Shown here: positions 16,549 to 26,711 of the stretch, in pieces
Position numbering within the stretch: the stretch's first letter is position 1
Layout of the letters: each line of letters opens with the position of its first letter
Assembly (NCBI GenBank): GCA_963814275.1
Contig: CAWFCE010000001.1
Location: 131,307 to 195,306 of the forward strand
Direction of reading: 5' to 3'
DNA: 64,000 bases
From: Candidatus Parcubacteria bacterium
Lineage (GTDB): Bacteria > Patescibacteriota > Patescibacteriia > Patescibacteriales > UBA12075
Program-made: the position numbers and the translations under genes
Notes under the pieces: model-generated
The model's input: the letters and a program-made list of their open reading frames with translations, nothing else
Databases searched by the model: none
Told to the model about the DNA's origin: nothing

Positions 16549-17997
16549 ATGTATCGCATCCCCGCAACCATTTTGCTTATTTTGGCGCAGGTTTTTATGT
16601 TTCCCGGTGTCTCATTGGGGGTCAGCGGGCTTGATTCGGCCGTGGCCGGACGGATCGTGCTGCAAGTGGAGCAGAACGGCGAAGCCTGGTATGTCAGCCC
16701 CGATACGCTTGAGCGCTATTACCTCGGCCGTCCGGCCGATGCATTCGCGCTAATGCGCGAACAGGGGATCGGCATTACCGGCGCCAACCTGGCGAGGCTG
16801 CCGATCGGCATACTCGGGTCCGGACAGCCGGACAGCGACGGCGACGGATTGGCGGATAATTTGGAACAGGCATTATCGCTGGATCCGCTTAAACCGGACA
16901 GCGACAGCGATGGTTTTTCCGACGCGGTAGAAGTTTTGAACGGACATGATCCGCGGGGCAGCGGCGTATTTCCGATCGACCGGAATTTCGCGCGTGTCCA
17001 GGCCGGACATATATTTTTGGCGGTCGAGGGACACGGCGAAGCCTGGTATCTGAACCCGGCCGACGGCCGGCGTTATTACCTGGGCCGGCCGGCCGATGCA
17101 TTCGCGGCAATGCGCCAGTTGGGGCTCGGTATTACGGACCGCAATCTGGCGGCGATACGGATGAATCGCGCCCCTCAAGTGGCGGGCGAAATGAGCGTGC
17201 CGGAATATGTAACCAACGCTGCGGAGATCGATCTGCGCCAGCTCGAATTCTATATCATGGAACTGGTCAACCATGAACGCCTGAATGCCGGTGAGAAAGC
17301 GCTCAAATGGAATAGCGACCTGGCTAATGTCGCCCGGGAGCACAGCGCTAATCTGGCGGCGGAAAACGACGGTTTTACCGGCTATGACCGCTCCTGCGAT
17401 TATCCGATCATCCACCATGAGGGCAGGGATTTTGGGCCGTATAACGCCGACCGCCTGGCCGAGCGCGGCGTCCATTATTATAGCCGCGCCGGAGAAAATA
17501 TCGCCCTGGTATCGGCGGCCAGTATTACCGTGCGCGCCAGAGAGGATGATCCGGTACTTGCCGAATTGGATGAATGTCCCGGCGAACGTGAATTATTGGA
17601 TAATAATTTCCGTTCTGCTTTGGACGGTTTTGAAGATGTCGGCGACAAAATAGGCTTGATAGCCAAGGAAACTGCGCTGCGGGAGAACCTTTACCGCGGA
17701 CGAAGCACGGTAACGGTAGCAGACACCGAATGGTTCAGTGAGCTTGCTATCGCCAGGGACACGGTCAAAGGCTGGATGGACAGTCCGGGCCACCGCGAGA
17801 ATATATTAACAGCCGACTATGACGAAACCGGTGTCGGAGCCGCTTACGTAAACGGCTACGTCATTACTACCCAATCATTCATTACCCGCGCCGATTGCGG
17901 CTTTGAAGACGGGCCATGCTGCGAAAAATCCGGCTATCGGCCATATTGCTTTGTGCCGCTGAATGCGAGCCAGGATATACTGTGCGCAACGAAATGA
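16549..17997 (+). CDS. Secreted protein with CAP/SCP (YkwD-like) domain, Asp-rich calcium-binding-type repeats and a duplicated ~55-aa N-terminal module
   Basis: Signal-like N-terminus from ATG 16549 (SD aagga 8 nt upstream; the track start is TTG 16519). Also DSDGDGLADN/DSDSDGFSD, the duplicated GEAWY..YYLGRPADAF module, and CAP motifs NxxR...GWMDSPGHRENIL. Confidence 0.75.
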   Translation: MYRIPATILLILAQVFMFPGVSLGVSGLDSAVAGRIVLQVEQNGEAWYVSPDTLERYYLGRPADAFALMREQGIGITGANLARLPIGILGSGQPDSDGDGLADNLEQALSLDPLKPDSDSDGFSDAVEVLNGHDPRGSGVFPIDRNFARVQAGHIFLAVEGHGEAWYLNPADGRRYYLGRPADAFAAMRQLGLGITDRNLAAIRMNRAPQVAGEMSVPEYVTNAAEIDLRQLEFYIMELVNHERLNAGEKALKWNSDLANVAREHSANLAAENDGFTGYDRSCDYPIIHHEGRDFGPYNADRLAERGVHYYSRAGENIALVSAASITVRAREDDPVLAELDECPGERELLDNNFRSALDGFEDVGDKIGLIAKETALRENLYRGRSTVTVADTEWFSELAIARDTVKGWMDSPGHRENILTADYDETGVGAAYVNGYVITTQSFITRADCGFEDGPCCEKSGYRPYCFVPLNASQDILCATK

Positions 17998-18301
17998 AAC
18001 TGATAAAAAACAAGTCACCAGAATTTTTCCAAATAAATCTCAATATTCAAAATATCAAATTCAAAACATGTTATTTATTGAAATAGTTTTGAAAAGTATT
18101 GCATAAGTATTATGGCAGATTTAGTAATTACAATATTTGGAATTTAGTGCTGAATCGTAACATTTAACAAATTCAAACAGAAAGTAAAAATGCCAACCGG
18201 ATTAATTCCAATGTTAATTTATTTTAATATGGGCTAGTATCTGGCGCCATCGGATAAATGAAATAGATTTGAAATTAATATATTATTAACCCCATTACAA
18301 T

Positions 18302-19696
18302 ATGATTAATAATAATTATTTAACAATTGAATATATGGAAAATAATAATGACCTGATAGAAAAGCCCCTACCGGGGCTTATTCGCATGATCGCCCTGCCG
18401 GCATCGATCGGCTTTTTTTTCAATACCATGTACAACGTGGTCGATACTTATTATGCCGGTTTGGTCTCTACCCAGGCGCTGGCCGCCCTTTCCCTGTCTT
18501 TTCCGGTGTTTTTTGTGATCATCGCTCTGGGGTCGGGGATAGCCACCGGTTCCGCCGCCCTGATCGCCAACAGCCTGGGGTCAGGACAACGCGCCGAAGC
18601 GCAAAAATACGCTACCCAGGCGGTGGCTTTTTCTGTTTTTGTCGGTGTAATATTGACCATTTGCGGCCTGCTGTCCGCGCCGTATCTGCTCCGGATATTG
18701 GGCGCGAGTGGTGATTATCTGGCCATCGCTTACCAGTATCTGAAAATAATATTATTGGGCGGGGTGTTTTTTATGCTTAATTTCGTGATCAATTCGGCGT
18801 TGAACGCCCAGGGCGATACCCGGACTTTCCGTAATGTATTGATCGCGGGATTTCTATTGAACCTTGCATTGGACCCTTGGTTCATCTATGGCGGTTTCGG
18901 CCTGCCGCGCCTGGGAGTGGCCGGGGTAGCTTGGGCCACTTTCCTGATCGAGCTCTTAAGCGCTTTTTATATGGGGTATCGGGCGACCAAAACCGGCATA
19001 CTTTGCCGTGATTGCCTTAAGTTCCTCCGTCCGGATATAAAATACTTCCGCGAAATCGCCCGGCAAGGATTCCCCGCCTCACTCAACATGATGACCGTTG
19101 CGATCGGCATTTTCATAATTACTTATTTCGTAGCTCCTTACGGCCAGGAAGCAGTCGCTGCCTACGGCGTGGCTACCCGGATCGACCAGATTGCCCTGCT
19201 GCCGACGATCGGCCTCAATATTGCGGTATTGACCCTGGTCGGACAGAATAACGGCGCCCGGCGCCACCGCCGCGCCGAAGAAGCATACCGCTTGGGGATG
19301 AAATACGGATTTTGGATTGTCGTTGTCGGCGCCGGCCTGGTCTTTCTTTTCCCCCGCTGGGTATTATTGCCGTTTTCCCGCGATCCGGCGGTTATCGATA
19401 TCGGCCGGGTTTATCTCCGGATATCCTCTTTGATGTATTTTGCCTATATGATGATGTATATATCGGTGTCGGCTTTGCAGGGCCTTAAGCGTCCGATGTA
19501 CGCGGTGTGGATCGGACTGTACCGCCAGATCGCATTGCCGGCCCTGCTTTTTCCGCTGTTAGCGGTTAGTTTGGGCTGGGGCATCCTGGGTGTCTGGTGG
19601 GGGATATTTATGGTCAATTGGTCCGGCGCCTTGTTTACCGTCTGGTATGTCCGGCGCCGTTTCGGGCAAATGCGGCCGGCAGAATCATCCTCTTGA
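18302..19696 (+). CDS. MATE-family efflux transporter
   Basis: 12-TM protein with N-terminal LPASIGFFFNTMYNVVDTYYAG. The start could instead be ATG 18335 (MENNND). Confidence 0.85.
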   Translation: MINNNYLTIEYMENNNDLIEKPLPGLIRMIALPASIGFFFNTMYNVVDTYYAGLVSTQALAALSLSFPVFFVIIALGSGIATGSAALIANSLGSGQRAEAQKYATQAVAFSVFVGVILTICGLLSAPYLLRILGASGDYLAIAYQYLKIILLGGVFFMLNFVINSALNAQGDTRTFRNVLIAGFLLNLALDPWFIYGGFGLPRLGVAGVAWATFLIELLSAFYMGYRATKTGILCRDCLKFLRPDIKYFREIARQGFPASLNMMTVAIGIFIITYFVAPYGQEAVAAYGVATRIDQIALLPTIGLNIAVLTLVGQNNGARRHRRAEEAYRLGMKYGFWIVVVGAGLVFLFPRWVLLPFSRDPAVIDIGRVYLRISSLMYFAYMMMYISVSALQGLKRPMYAVWIGLYRQIALPALLFPLLAVSLGWGILGVWWGIFMVNWSGALFTVWYVRRRFGQMRPAESSS

Positions 19697-19761
19697 ATTT
19701 TTGAAATTATGGGTTTGCTTTTAAAATAAAAAGTGCTATTCTGGAGCCAGATAGCGCTTTT

Positions 19762-20565
19762 ATGTATTACCGGAAAAGAAAAAAGAATTATCCGTTTTTT
19801 TGGGCATTGCCCGTTCTGGCAATCGGTGTTTTTGTCTGGGCCACGAATTTGAGCATCAATGACTCCGAGCCGGCGGCTATTTTGCCGCCAGACCGGAATA
19901 ATCCCGAAATATCGGCAACATCCAGCCAGGAATTTTTTCTTCCCGAAAACTCGAACTTGCCGCCCATAGCCGAAGATACCGCCGAATTTGTCGACCTGGC
20001 AGTGCCTTTTAGTTCCCAGGCCCCGTTCGGCGAATGGAGCGATACCCGCCAACAGGACGGCTGTGAAGAAGCGAGCGCTTTGATGGCGGTTTACTGGGCG
20101 CGCGGGCTGGACCTGGCGCCGGAAGAAGCCAAAGCGGTTATTTTGGAAATAAGCGATTGGGAAGAGAAAAATTACGGCTCGTATGTCGATACCTCCGCGG
20201 ACGACACGGCCGGGCGGATAATCAGGGGTTATTTCGGTTTTGAAAATTTCACTGTCAAACACGATATTGCCCGGGAAGATATTATCAGGGAGTTGGAGCA
20301 GGGGAACGCCGTGATCGTGCCGGCTGACGGCCAGGCCCTGGGCAACCCGCATTTTACCGCGCCCGGTCCGGAACGCCACAACCTCCTGATCCGCGGCTAT
20401 GATCCGGATACCAACGAGTTCATCACCAATGACCCGGGCACGCGCTTCGGCGAGGGCTACCGTTACGACGAAAACATATTATTTAATGCCATACGCGACT
20501 ACCCGACCGGCGACCACCAACCGATGTTAGTTAAAAAGAAAAATATGATCGTGGTCGGCAAATGA
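19762..20565 (+). CDS. Membrane-anchored C39-like (papain-fold) peptidase-domain protein
   Basis: N-terminal TM segment, then VPFSSQAPFGEWSDTRQQDGCEEASALM, the pattern of Peptidase_C39_2-type domains. Assigned from memory of the family and not searched. Confidence 0.55.
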   Translation: MYYRKRKKNYPFFWALPVLAIGVFVWATNLSINDSEPAAILPPDRNNPEISATSSQEFFLPENSNLPPIAEDTAEFVDLAVPFSSQAPFGEWSDTRQQDGCEEASALMAVYWARGLDLAPEEAKAVILEISDWEEKNYGSYVDTSADDTAGRIIRGYFGFENFTVKHDIAREDIIRELEQGNAVIVPADGQALGNPHFTAPGPERHNLLIRGYDPDTNEFITNDPGTRFGEGYRYDENILFNAIRDYPTGDHQPMLVKKKNMIVVGK

Positions 20566-20675
20566 GTTTGACGGGATATAAGTTTTGTATTATATTACTT
20601 ACAAACAACGAAATATTTTTATAAAATATAATCAATGCTCAGCAATACCCGAAACTGAAAAAGGAGGGCTAATCA

Positions 20676-20948
20676 ATGGAAAATTCCTATTCGACAGTTG
20701 AGCTTGCCAAACAAACTCGGAAATTTGCTCTCCGCCTCGCCATGTTTTTCTCTGGCACGAAAGAGATTAATAATGGCCACCGGGCGATTGTCCGGCAACT
20801 ACAAATTCATGCGTATGCATTGCGCAAAGGCGCAATGACTTTTACGGAGGCGGGCCTGAAGATTGAAAAAAATACCGGACTCGATATCTGTGAGTACTTT
20901 CCGCAAGGCCTCAAATCGGCTTGTCGTTTTCTCAAGCTTATGTATTAG
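20676..20948 (+). CDS. Hypothetical protein
   Basis: 90-aa ORF with SD aaaggaggg 8 nt upstream of the ATG. Confidence 0.5.
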   Translation: MENSYSTVELAKQTRKFALRLAMFFSGTKEINNGHRAIVRQLQIHAYALRKGAMTFTEAGLKIEKNTGLDICEYFPQGLKSACRFLKLMY

Positions 20949-21014
20949 GTGAACAAGCCAATTTTTTTCAATCCGCTTGAGGGTTATCACGGTTTAATGC
21001 CACGATAGCCCTTT

Positions 21015-21254
21015 TTATTTTTCTTTTTTATGCCATTTGTCCCTGGCTTTTTTAAGTCCAAATGCGCCGGCCAGAAGAGCGACAGCGCCGGCCAGAGCTA
21101 CGATAACCTTTTTTTTGGTCTTGTCATCGACTTTATCGTATTTCGTTTTCGCGTCTTTGAAAAGCGACTTCAGTTCGGCTCCGGTCTGTTTGAAATTTTC
21201 CTGCCAGTCGGATTTTTTTTGATCGTTCGATTTGTCGGATTTTTTCGTGGTCAT
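21015..21254 (-). CDS. Hypothetical Lys-rich small membrane protein
   Basis: 79 aa with one TM segment (VIVALAGAVALLAGAFGL) flanked by K/D-rich segments. Confidence 0.5.
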   Translation of the reverse strand: MTTKKSDKSNDQKKSDWQENFKQTGAELKSLFKDAKTKYDKVDDKTKKKVIVALAGAVALLAGAFGLKKARDKWHKKEK

Positions 21255-21493
21255 AATAAAGTATTATTTTTTTAAACTTTCATTATAAGTATAATAACAA
21301 TATATTAATTTAATGTTAATTTTGCCGAAAAATAAAATAAAAATTGTTTTTTCAGAGAGATTGAATTTTTTAATTATATACTAATTATACTGCGATATAA
21401 TTCATGGAAATAAGATTGTAATGTAATAATAGAATAATAATTACCGTTATTCACAAAAAACAATAACTTAAATATAAACAAAGGAGAATAAAA

Positions 21494-21694
21494 ATGAATT
21501 GTGGACTAGGAGGACATAGAGACCCGCAAAATCAAAGGCATTCGAAATATTACCGGGAAGTAGATGAAACATATCGGAAACTTTATCCAAACACCAAAAC
21601 AAGCGGTTTCGAGACAGGAGGAGACGGAGACGTGACAACGGTGCTTGCTAATATCCAGAAATGCCGAAAGTTATCAGACGCCCCTTCTTACTGA
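21494..21694 (+). CDS. Hypothetical small protein
   Basis: 66 aa, SD aaaggag 8 nt upstream, terminator 47 nt downstream. Confidence 0.5.
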   Translation: MNCGLGGHRDPQNQRHSKYYREVDETYRKLYPNTKTSGFETGGDGDVTTVLANIQKCRKLSDAPSY

Positions 21695-21740
21695 GCAAAC
21701 CGTTTCGCTCATTTGACAAATTTTAAGCATTATTTGAATT

Positions 21741-21777
21741 AAAGCCCGATGATTTGATATTCGGGCTTTATTTTTTT
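21741..21777 (+). terminator. Rho-independent terminator
   Basis: aaagcccga (21741-21749) pairs with tcgggcttt (21761-21769), then a T-run. Confidence 0.75.
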
Positions 21778-21915
21778 ATTCGGGATTATTTGCAAGATTT
21801 GTTTTATGATTGGATCAAATTTTTTGGCCAGTAAAAATGTAAGCAGCCTAGCGGGGGACTTGCTTTTTTCATTTATTTTTAGTAAAATACAGCCGAATCG
21901 AATTAACGATACTTC

Positions 21916-23313
21916 ATGGTTATACTTATTTTACAATCGCTTAAATTCATAAAAAATAGGTTCAATAAGCTGACCAGCTCGCAGCGCAGCCAATTTCTAT
22001 TGAATTACAGCTGGAACAACTACAGGTTAAGGGCTATGGTTATTGCCGCGTTTTTATCCCTGGTCGCGCTGACCTGGTTCGATGAGATATTCGACCTGCC
22101 CCACCTGATATTCGGGCATAAAATTAGCGAACTCAATTGGCCGGAAGCCATAATCGAAACGGTAGTTATCGTCATAGTTGGCGGCTTGCTGTTAATGCGA
22201 TTAACTTTTATATTGTACAAGCTGAAGAGCGCGGAGGCGGAGCTTAATAAGTTCCGCCTGGCGGTGGAAAAAGCATCCGACCATATCGTGATCACCGACC
22301 CGGAGGGCATGATAGTTTACGCCAATCAGGCGGTCGAGAAGATAACCGGCTACAGTCCGAAGGAAATCGTCGGCAAAAAAGCGGGCGGCCGGGAGCTCTG
22401 GGGCGGTTTGATGGGCAAGGAAGTATACAGGAATCTATGGCGGACCATAAAAGAAAAAAAAGAGCCTTTTATCGGCGAATTCCGCAACCGCCGGAAGGAC
22501 GGAACCGAATATGACGCCGAAGGCCATATCTATCCCATCCTCGATGACCGCGGCCGGATAATATATTTCGCCGGCCTGGAAATCGATATTTCGGAACTGA
22601 AACGCCTGGAGCAGGCCAAATCGGAATTCGTCTCCCTGGCTTCGCACCAGCTGCGCACCCCTTTGACCAGCATCAGTTTGTCCCTGGACCTGCTCCTGCG
22701 GGGGTCGGACGGCGAATTGAACGAGGGGCAGACCCGGGCATTGAAGGAAATATACCAGGATATCGCCAGTACTTCGGAATTGGTGCAGGCGCTCCTGAAT
22801 TTATCGCGGATCGATATGGGTACTTTCAAGGCGGAACCCGAGATATTATCGCCAAAAACGATCGCCGAAGAAGTCATTACCGCGGTCGGCCCGCAGATGG
22901 ATAACAAAGCACAAATTTTGCAGCGGGATTACGATGAATCACTTTCTCCGGTTTCGATGGACCGCAACGTCCTCCGCATTATTTTGCAAAATCTCATATC
23001 GAACGCGGTCAAATATACTTCTACGGGCGGCCGTATCAAGGTCGGCCTCAAACTGCGGTCGAATAATCTGCTGATCGAAGTGGCCGATACCGGCATCGGC
23101 ATCCCCCGAGCCGAACAGGACAAGATGTTCACGAAATTTTTCCGGGCGCACAATACCGCCGGACTGAATGTCGACGGCACGGGCATCGGCCTCAACCTCA
23201 CCAAAACAATTATCGAAGCAACCGGCGGCAGGATCTGGTTCGAATCGGAAGAAGGGCGAGGCACCACCTTCTTCGTAAAGATACCGGTCGGATTGATCGA
23301 TAACGGAAGATAA
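21916..23313 (+). CDS. Sensor histidine kinase (TM + PAS + HisKA + HATPase_c)
   Basis: PAS-like ASDHIVITDPEGMIVYANQAVEKITGY, H-box FVSLASHQLRTPLTSI, N box NLISNAVKYT, G boxes DTGIGI and GTGIGL. Confidence 0.9.
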   Translation: MVILILQSLKFIKNRFNKLTSSQRSQFLLNYSWNNYRLRAMVIAAFLSLVALTWFDEIFDLPHLIFGHKISELNWPEAIIETVVIVIVGGLLLMRLTFILYKLKSAEAELNKFRLAVEKASDHIVITDPEGMIVYANQAVEKITGYSPKEIVGKKAGGRELWGGLMGKEVYRNLWRTIKEKKEPFIGEFRNRRKDGTEYDAEGHIYPILDDRGRIIYFAGLEIDISELKRLEQAKSEFVSLASHQLRTPLTSISLSLDLLLRGSDGELNEGQTRALKEIYQDIASTSELVQALLNLSRIDMGTFKAEPEILSPKTIAEEVITAVGPQMDNKAQILQRDYDESLSPVSMDRNVLRIILQNLISNAVKYTSTGGRIKVGLKLRSNNLLIEVADTGIGIPRAEQDKMFTKFFRAHNTAGLNVDGTGIGLNLTKTIIEATGGRIWFESEEGRGTTFFVKIPVGLIDNGR

Positions 23314-23315
23314 AG

Positions 23316-23346
23316 AAACCCGCTTCCAGATGAAGCGGGTTTTTTG
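23316..23346 (+). terminator. Rho-independent terminator
   Basis: acccgcttc (23318-23326) pairs with gaagcgggt (23332-23340), then ttttt. Confidence 0.8.
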
Positions 23347-23386
23347 GTATTGGATCGGCATTACGCCGACATTATCGGGGCATCTT

Positions 23387-23761
23387 TCATTTTTGATGTC
23401 CGGTTTTTTTCTTTATGTCCGGTTTCGCCTCCCCGGCTGCTCGGAGTGTGCGCAGATACGCTCTTGCCTCCCCAGGTTTTAGCCAATTAGGAACGGGGGA
23501 TAATCCATAGTCATAGAAAAAACTAATGACCATGCGTAGGAAGAATTTTGATGTGTCTTGGGCGCGGGGATGTCTGCATTCGATCAGACGGCGGGGTTTT
23601 TTGCTCATGGTCTTTTTGTCCAATTCGTCCGGATACGGATATGCTTGGCAGGAAATATCGTTTTTGTTAAAGGCCGAATCGATATTTAGAAATTCCCCCA
23701 AGCTTTTGGCGGCAGATTCCGGAAGCACCAAATAACGATGTGTAAATTTGATTTTGTTCAT
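23387..23761 (-). CDS. Hypothetical protein
   Basis: 124 aa from ATG (complement of 23759-23761), preceded by aaagggag 7 nt upstream. The longer TTG start at 23818 has no usable SD. Confidence 0.5.
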   Translation of the reverse strand: MNKIKFTHRYLVLPESAAKSLGEFLNIDSAFNKNDISCQAYPYPDELDKKTMSKKPRRLIECRHPRAQDTSKFFLRMVISFFYDYGLSPVPNWLKPGEARAYLRTLRAAGEAKPDIKKKTGHQK

Positions 23762-23861
23762 GATCTTCACTCCCTTTTCGTTTGATATGTATGCCCAATT
23801 TATCTTTTTTAAGAACAAATTATTTGAATGTTAACTCCCTCCTTTTTAACTGCCGAAATTT

Positions 23862-23895
23862 AAAAGCCGCCCCGGTATCACCGGGGCGGCTTTTG
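23862..23895. terminator. GC-rich hairpin with A/T flanks (bidirectional terminator candidate)
   Basis: aagccgccccgg (23864-23875) pairs with ccggggcggctt (23881-23892). Confidence 0.55.
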
Positions 23896-24221
23896 GCAGT
23901 ATTTGAATCGATACTTTATGCGGAAACGCAACTATGCCAAACAGCCCCGGCAAAAACGGGATTATTATTAATCTGATCTTGGCGCGCTATATAGTTGAAA
24001 TGGATCATACAAAAATAGTAGCAATATTAATAAAGACTGTCAAAACGATTTTAAAAATTGACCGACTTTAGCAATATTTGATAGAATGATAGATATAGCT
24101 CGTTTGTCGGTTGATAATCGGTTTATTCGATAAAACAGCATTATTGGATCCGGTGAGAAAAATTGGAAATTGCGAGATAAAAGAAGATAAGTTGTAAGAA
24201 AATATCTAAGCTGAAGTTTAT

Positions 24222-24446
24222 ATGAAATTAAGCAGCCACGTGAAGCGATCCTGGGCAGTTTGCGGTTATTGGGTGGTAATCATGCTTTTTTGGCTTTTTC
24301 TGTCCAATGCCATCGCGGCCATAAGCGGTGAAGAAGAAAAAAGGTTTTATGTATTGTTCATTTTCATGTTTTATACAGCGCCGATGCCCTTGTTTTACTC
24401 CGTGATCGTAACTATTTCCTCCCTTATCTGGCCGCCCCGGGAATAG
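24222..24446 (+). CDS. Hypothetical small membrane protein
   Basis: 74 aa with two predicted TM segments. No clear SD. Confidence 0.3.
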   Translation: MKLSSHVKRSWAVCGYWVVIMLFWLFLSNAIAAISGEEEKRFYVLFIFMFYTAPMPLFYSVIVTISSLIWPPRE

Positions 24447-24587
24447 TGGCATGGATACAATCACCGTAAGTTGTTAAATGTTGTTAATTGCGATATTATT
24501 TGAATAGGACCATAACATTTTAAATTATTTTATTCCAATCTAGTTTATACGCCTAAAAGGAAAAACGTCCTTATCGGCCATTATACT

Positions 24588-25154
24588 ATGAGCGAAAACC
24601 AAGAACTAAAGAAAATCCCGGACGGGTATAGCACCGAAATAATCGTTTGGCACGGCGATATTACCACGTTAGGGCTTGATGCCATCGTCAATGCCACAGA
24701 CGAGCAATTTTCCGGAGGCAGCGGAGTCGATGCCGCTATACATCGGGCGGCCGGGACAAAACTGGAAGAGGAGTGCAAAGAGATAAAGGACTTCCACACC
24801 GGCGGAGCGGTAATAACAAAAGGCTATAAGCTGCCGGCAAAGCATTTGATACACACTATCGGTCCGAAATACGGAAGTGAGAACGGCATGGAGGATGTAC
24901 TGTTGGCCAATTGCTATCGAAATTGTTTACGCCTGGCATTCGAGCATAATTTGCGTACAATCGCGTTCCCTAATATTTCTACCGGAATATACCGCTACCC
25001 CAAGGAAGAGGCGACGGAAATCGCGTTCAATACCGTATGGGAGTGGGTCAGGTCGCATAAATTCTATAATTTCGAAAAAATATATTTTGTATCTTATACC
25101 GAAGAGGATTTTGGCCTGAATGAGTTCTTTTTCCGGCAGTTTGAGTTTGTTTGA
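24588..25154 (+). CDS. Macro-domain protein (ADP-ribose / O-acetyl-ADP-ribose hydrolase family)
   Basis: IVWHGDITTLGLDAIVNATDEQFSGGSGVDAAIHRAAG, then HTIGPKY and FPNISTGIY, which are classic macro-domain motifs. Confidence 0.85.
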   Translation: MSENQELKKIPDGYSTEIIVWHGDITTLGLDAIVNATDEQFSGGSGVDAAIHRAAGTKLEEECKEIKDFHTGGAVITKGYKLPAKHLIHTIGPKYGSENGMEDVLLANCYRNCLRLAFEHNLRTIAFPNISTGIYRYPKEEATEIAFNTVWEWVRSHKFYNFEKIYFVSYTEEDFGLNEFFFRQFEFV

Positions 25155-25283
25155 TAAAAGAAACCGAGTTTCAATAAATTATGTGGATAGTCTTTTCATA
25201 AGGTTTTATTGATAACTATTTTTTAGCAAGCAGAAAACAGGCAATTCGAATAATATTTAAGCAAGATGAAATAATAATAAACT

Positions 25284-25889
25284 ATGGTTTACTATATTGC
25301 CGGAGGGATTATAATCGTTGTCGCCGGATATTTTTTTACCAGATTCGTATTTGATGTCCTGTTGCGCGGTTTCGCTCCGATCCTGCCTTCCCGGCCCTGG
25401 GTGGTCGAGCAGATCATGCGCGAGTTGTCGATAGAAAAACCCAAACCGGTTTTTCTGGCATTGAGTACCGGCCGTTCCGGCTTTTTCCATGCCCTGGAAA
25501 AAGAATTCCCCGATGCCGCCATGGTCGGCATCGAGCCCAGCCTGTTTCCTTATATCGTCGCCAGGATCCAGGCCATGGTGCGATATACGCGGATCAAGAT
25601 CATCCGCCAGCCGGTCCACCGGGTGAATGTCCGCCAGGCGGATTTTATTTATTGCCATCTTTATCCCGATTCAATGCACGGGCTGGGGAAGAAGTTGAAA
25701 TTTGAATGCCGTCCGAATACTATCATTTTGAGCGCCGGCTTCAATATCGCTGACTTAGAGATCAAAAAGACCATCCCCCTGGAGGATAGGCGCGGTAAAT
25801 TAGATTGGTTGAGCAAGAACCAAAAATTATTTCAATCGAAGAAGAAAAAGTATAAGAAGGAAAATAAAGCGTTTATTTATGTAATATGA
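25284..25889 (+). CDS. Membrane-anchored methyltransferase-like protein (degenerate SAM motif), Lys-rich tail
   Basis: N-terminal TM segment. The layout resembles a class I MTase core (VFLALSTGRSGFF ... VGIEPS ... ADFIYCH), but motif I is atypical. Confidence 0.4.
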   Translation: MVYYIAGGIIIVVAGYFFTRFVFDVLLRGFAPILPSRPWVVEQIMRELSIEKPKPVFLALSTGRSGFFHALEKEFPDAAMVGIEPSLFPYIVARIQAMVRYTRIKIIRQPVHRVNVRQADFIYCHLYPDSMHGLGKKLKFECRPNTIILSAGFNIADLEIKKTIPLEDRRGKLDWLSKNQKLFQSKKKKYKKENKAFIYVI

Positions 25890-25946
25890 AATTCAAGCCT
25901 TGTCGCTGTTTACGTACCGAAAAGCATGTTTTTGCATATACTCCGG

Positions 25947-26027
25947 CTTTACCGCCGATTATTCGCCGATTATTACGCTGATCTTACCTGCCTACCGGCA
26001 GGCAGGCGCGGATAATTCGCTATCGAT
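25947..26027 (-). repeat. Family-2b palindromic element
   Basis: The reverse complement reads atcgat..ccgcgcctgcctgccggtaggcaggt..atcagcg..cggcggtaaag, matching 59750-59823. Palindrome at 25987-26006. Confidence 0.85.
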
Positions 26028-26140
26028 TTTAATCCCACTACGCTAATATTCCGCGTGCAGAGCGGCCACTCCGAAGAATCACTCGCGGCCCGCCGCAATA
26101 GTGAATTCTGTGTATTTTATTAATATTCAAATAAATTAAA

Positions 26141-26419
26141 TTGCCTATGAGTACAAAAAAACATTTTAGCGATGAGGAGGCGAAAGCGATCGGCGAACAA
26201 CTGGGAATCAATTGGGATAAGTTCGCTGTCGAACAATTCCGCCGCGGCATGGACGTTGAGCTTGAGCATGGCGTGGTTGATCCGCACACCAACGTCTCCA
26301 ATGACGATCCGCTGACCACAGGCAAAATCGCCCTGGCCCACCTGAACGAGTTTCCCGATTACTATGACCGTTTGGATAAAATGGAGAATGAAGCGGAAGC
26401 CTACTGGGAAGGCAAATAG
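26141..26419 (+). CDS. Small conserved hypothetical protein (ELEHG / HLxExPDYY motifs)
   Basis: 92-aa ORF followed by a terminator. The motif pair GMDVELEHG and AHLNEFPDYYDRL recalls a small DUF family. Confidence 0.6.
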   Translation: MPMSTKKHFSDEEAKAIGEQLGINWDKFAVEQFRRGMDVELEHGVVDPHTNVSNDDPLTTGKIALAHLNEFPDYYDRLDKMENEAEAYWEGK

Positions 26420-26434
26420 ATTCAAAATATATCC

Positions 26435-26472
26435 AAAGTCCGCCGCCGGATACCCGGTAGCGGACTTTTTTT
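26435..26472 (+). terminator. Rho-independent terminator
   Basis: aagtccgc ... gcggactt stem followed by ttttttt. Confidence 0.75.
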
Positions 26473-26664
26473 GGCCAACGGAAACTTTGCCCGACAAGTA
26501 TTCCAGCCGTAATTATTTATAAAAAATTTATTTTTTCCATATATTTTCATTATTTTAAATTAATTGCCTTCGGTTATAATCTAGTGGCGGGTAGATCCCG
26601 GTTCAGCCGGAATACGAATCAGGATTAAATCCCGATACTTTTCCCGGTATTAATAAGAATTAAC

Positions 26665-26701
26665 GTTCGAATGGATTATTGCGTTCTTAATCCGTTCGAA
26701 C
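26665..26701 (+). promoter_or_regulatory. 14-bp leader hairpin ending 10 nt before the start codon of the LTD gene
   Basis: gttcgaatggatta (26665-26678) pairs with taatccgttcgaac (26688-26701). 13 Watson-Crick pairs plus one U-G wobble, which is only valid on the + strand transcript. Confidence 0.4.
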
Positions 26702-26711
26702 CGGAACGATT

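Noticed and set aside
23782-23976. 64-aa plus-strand ORF, and a strong minus-strand SD-like aaggaggg at about 23835-23842.
   Set aside because: The ORF spans a terminator hairpin and has no SD. The SD-like sequence is not followed by a usable start codon within range (the ATT frame stops after 6 codons).
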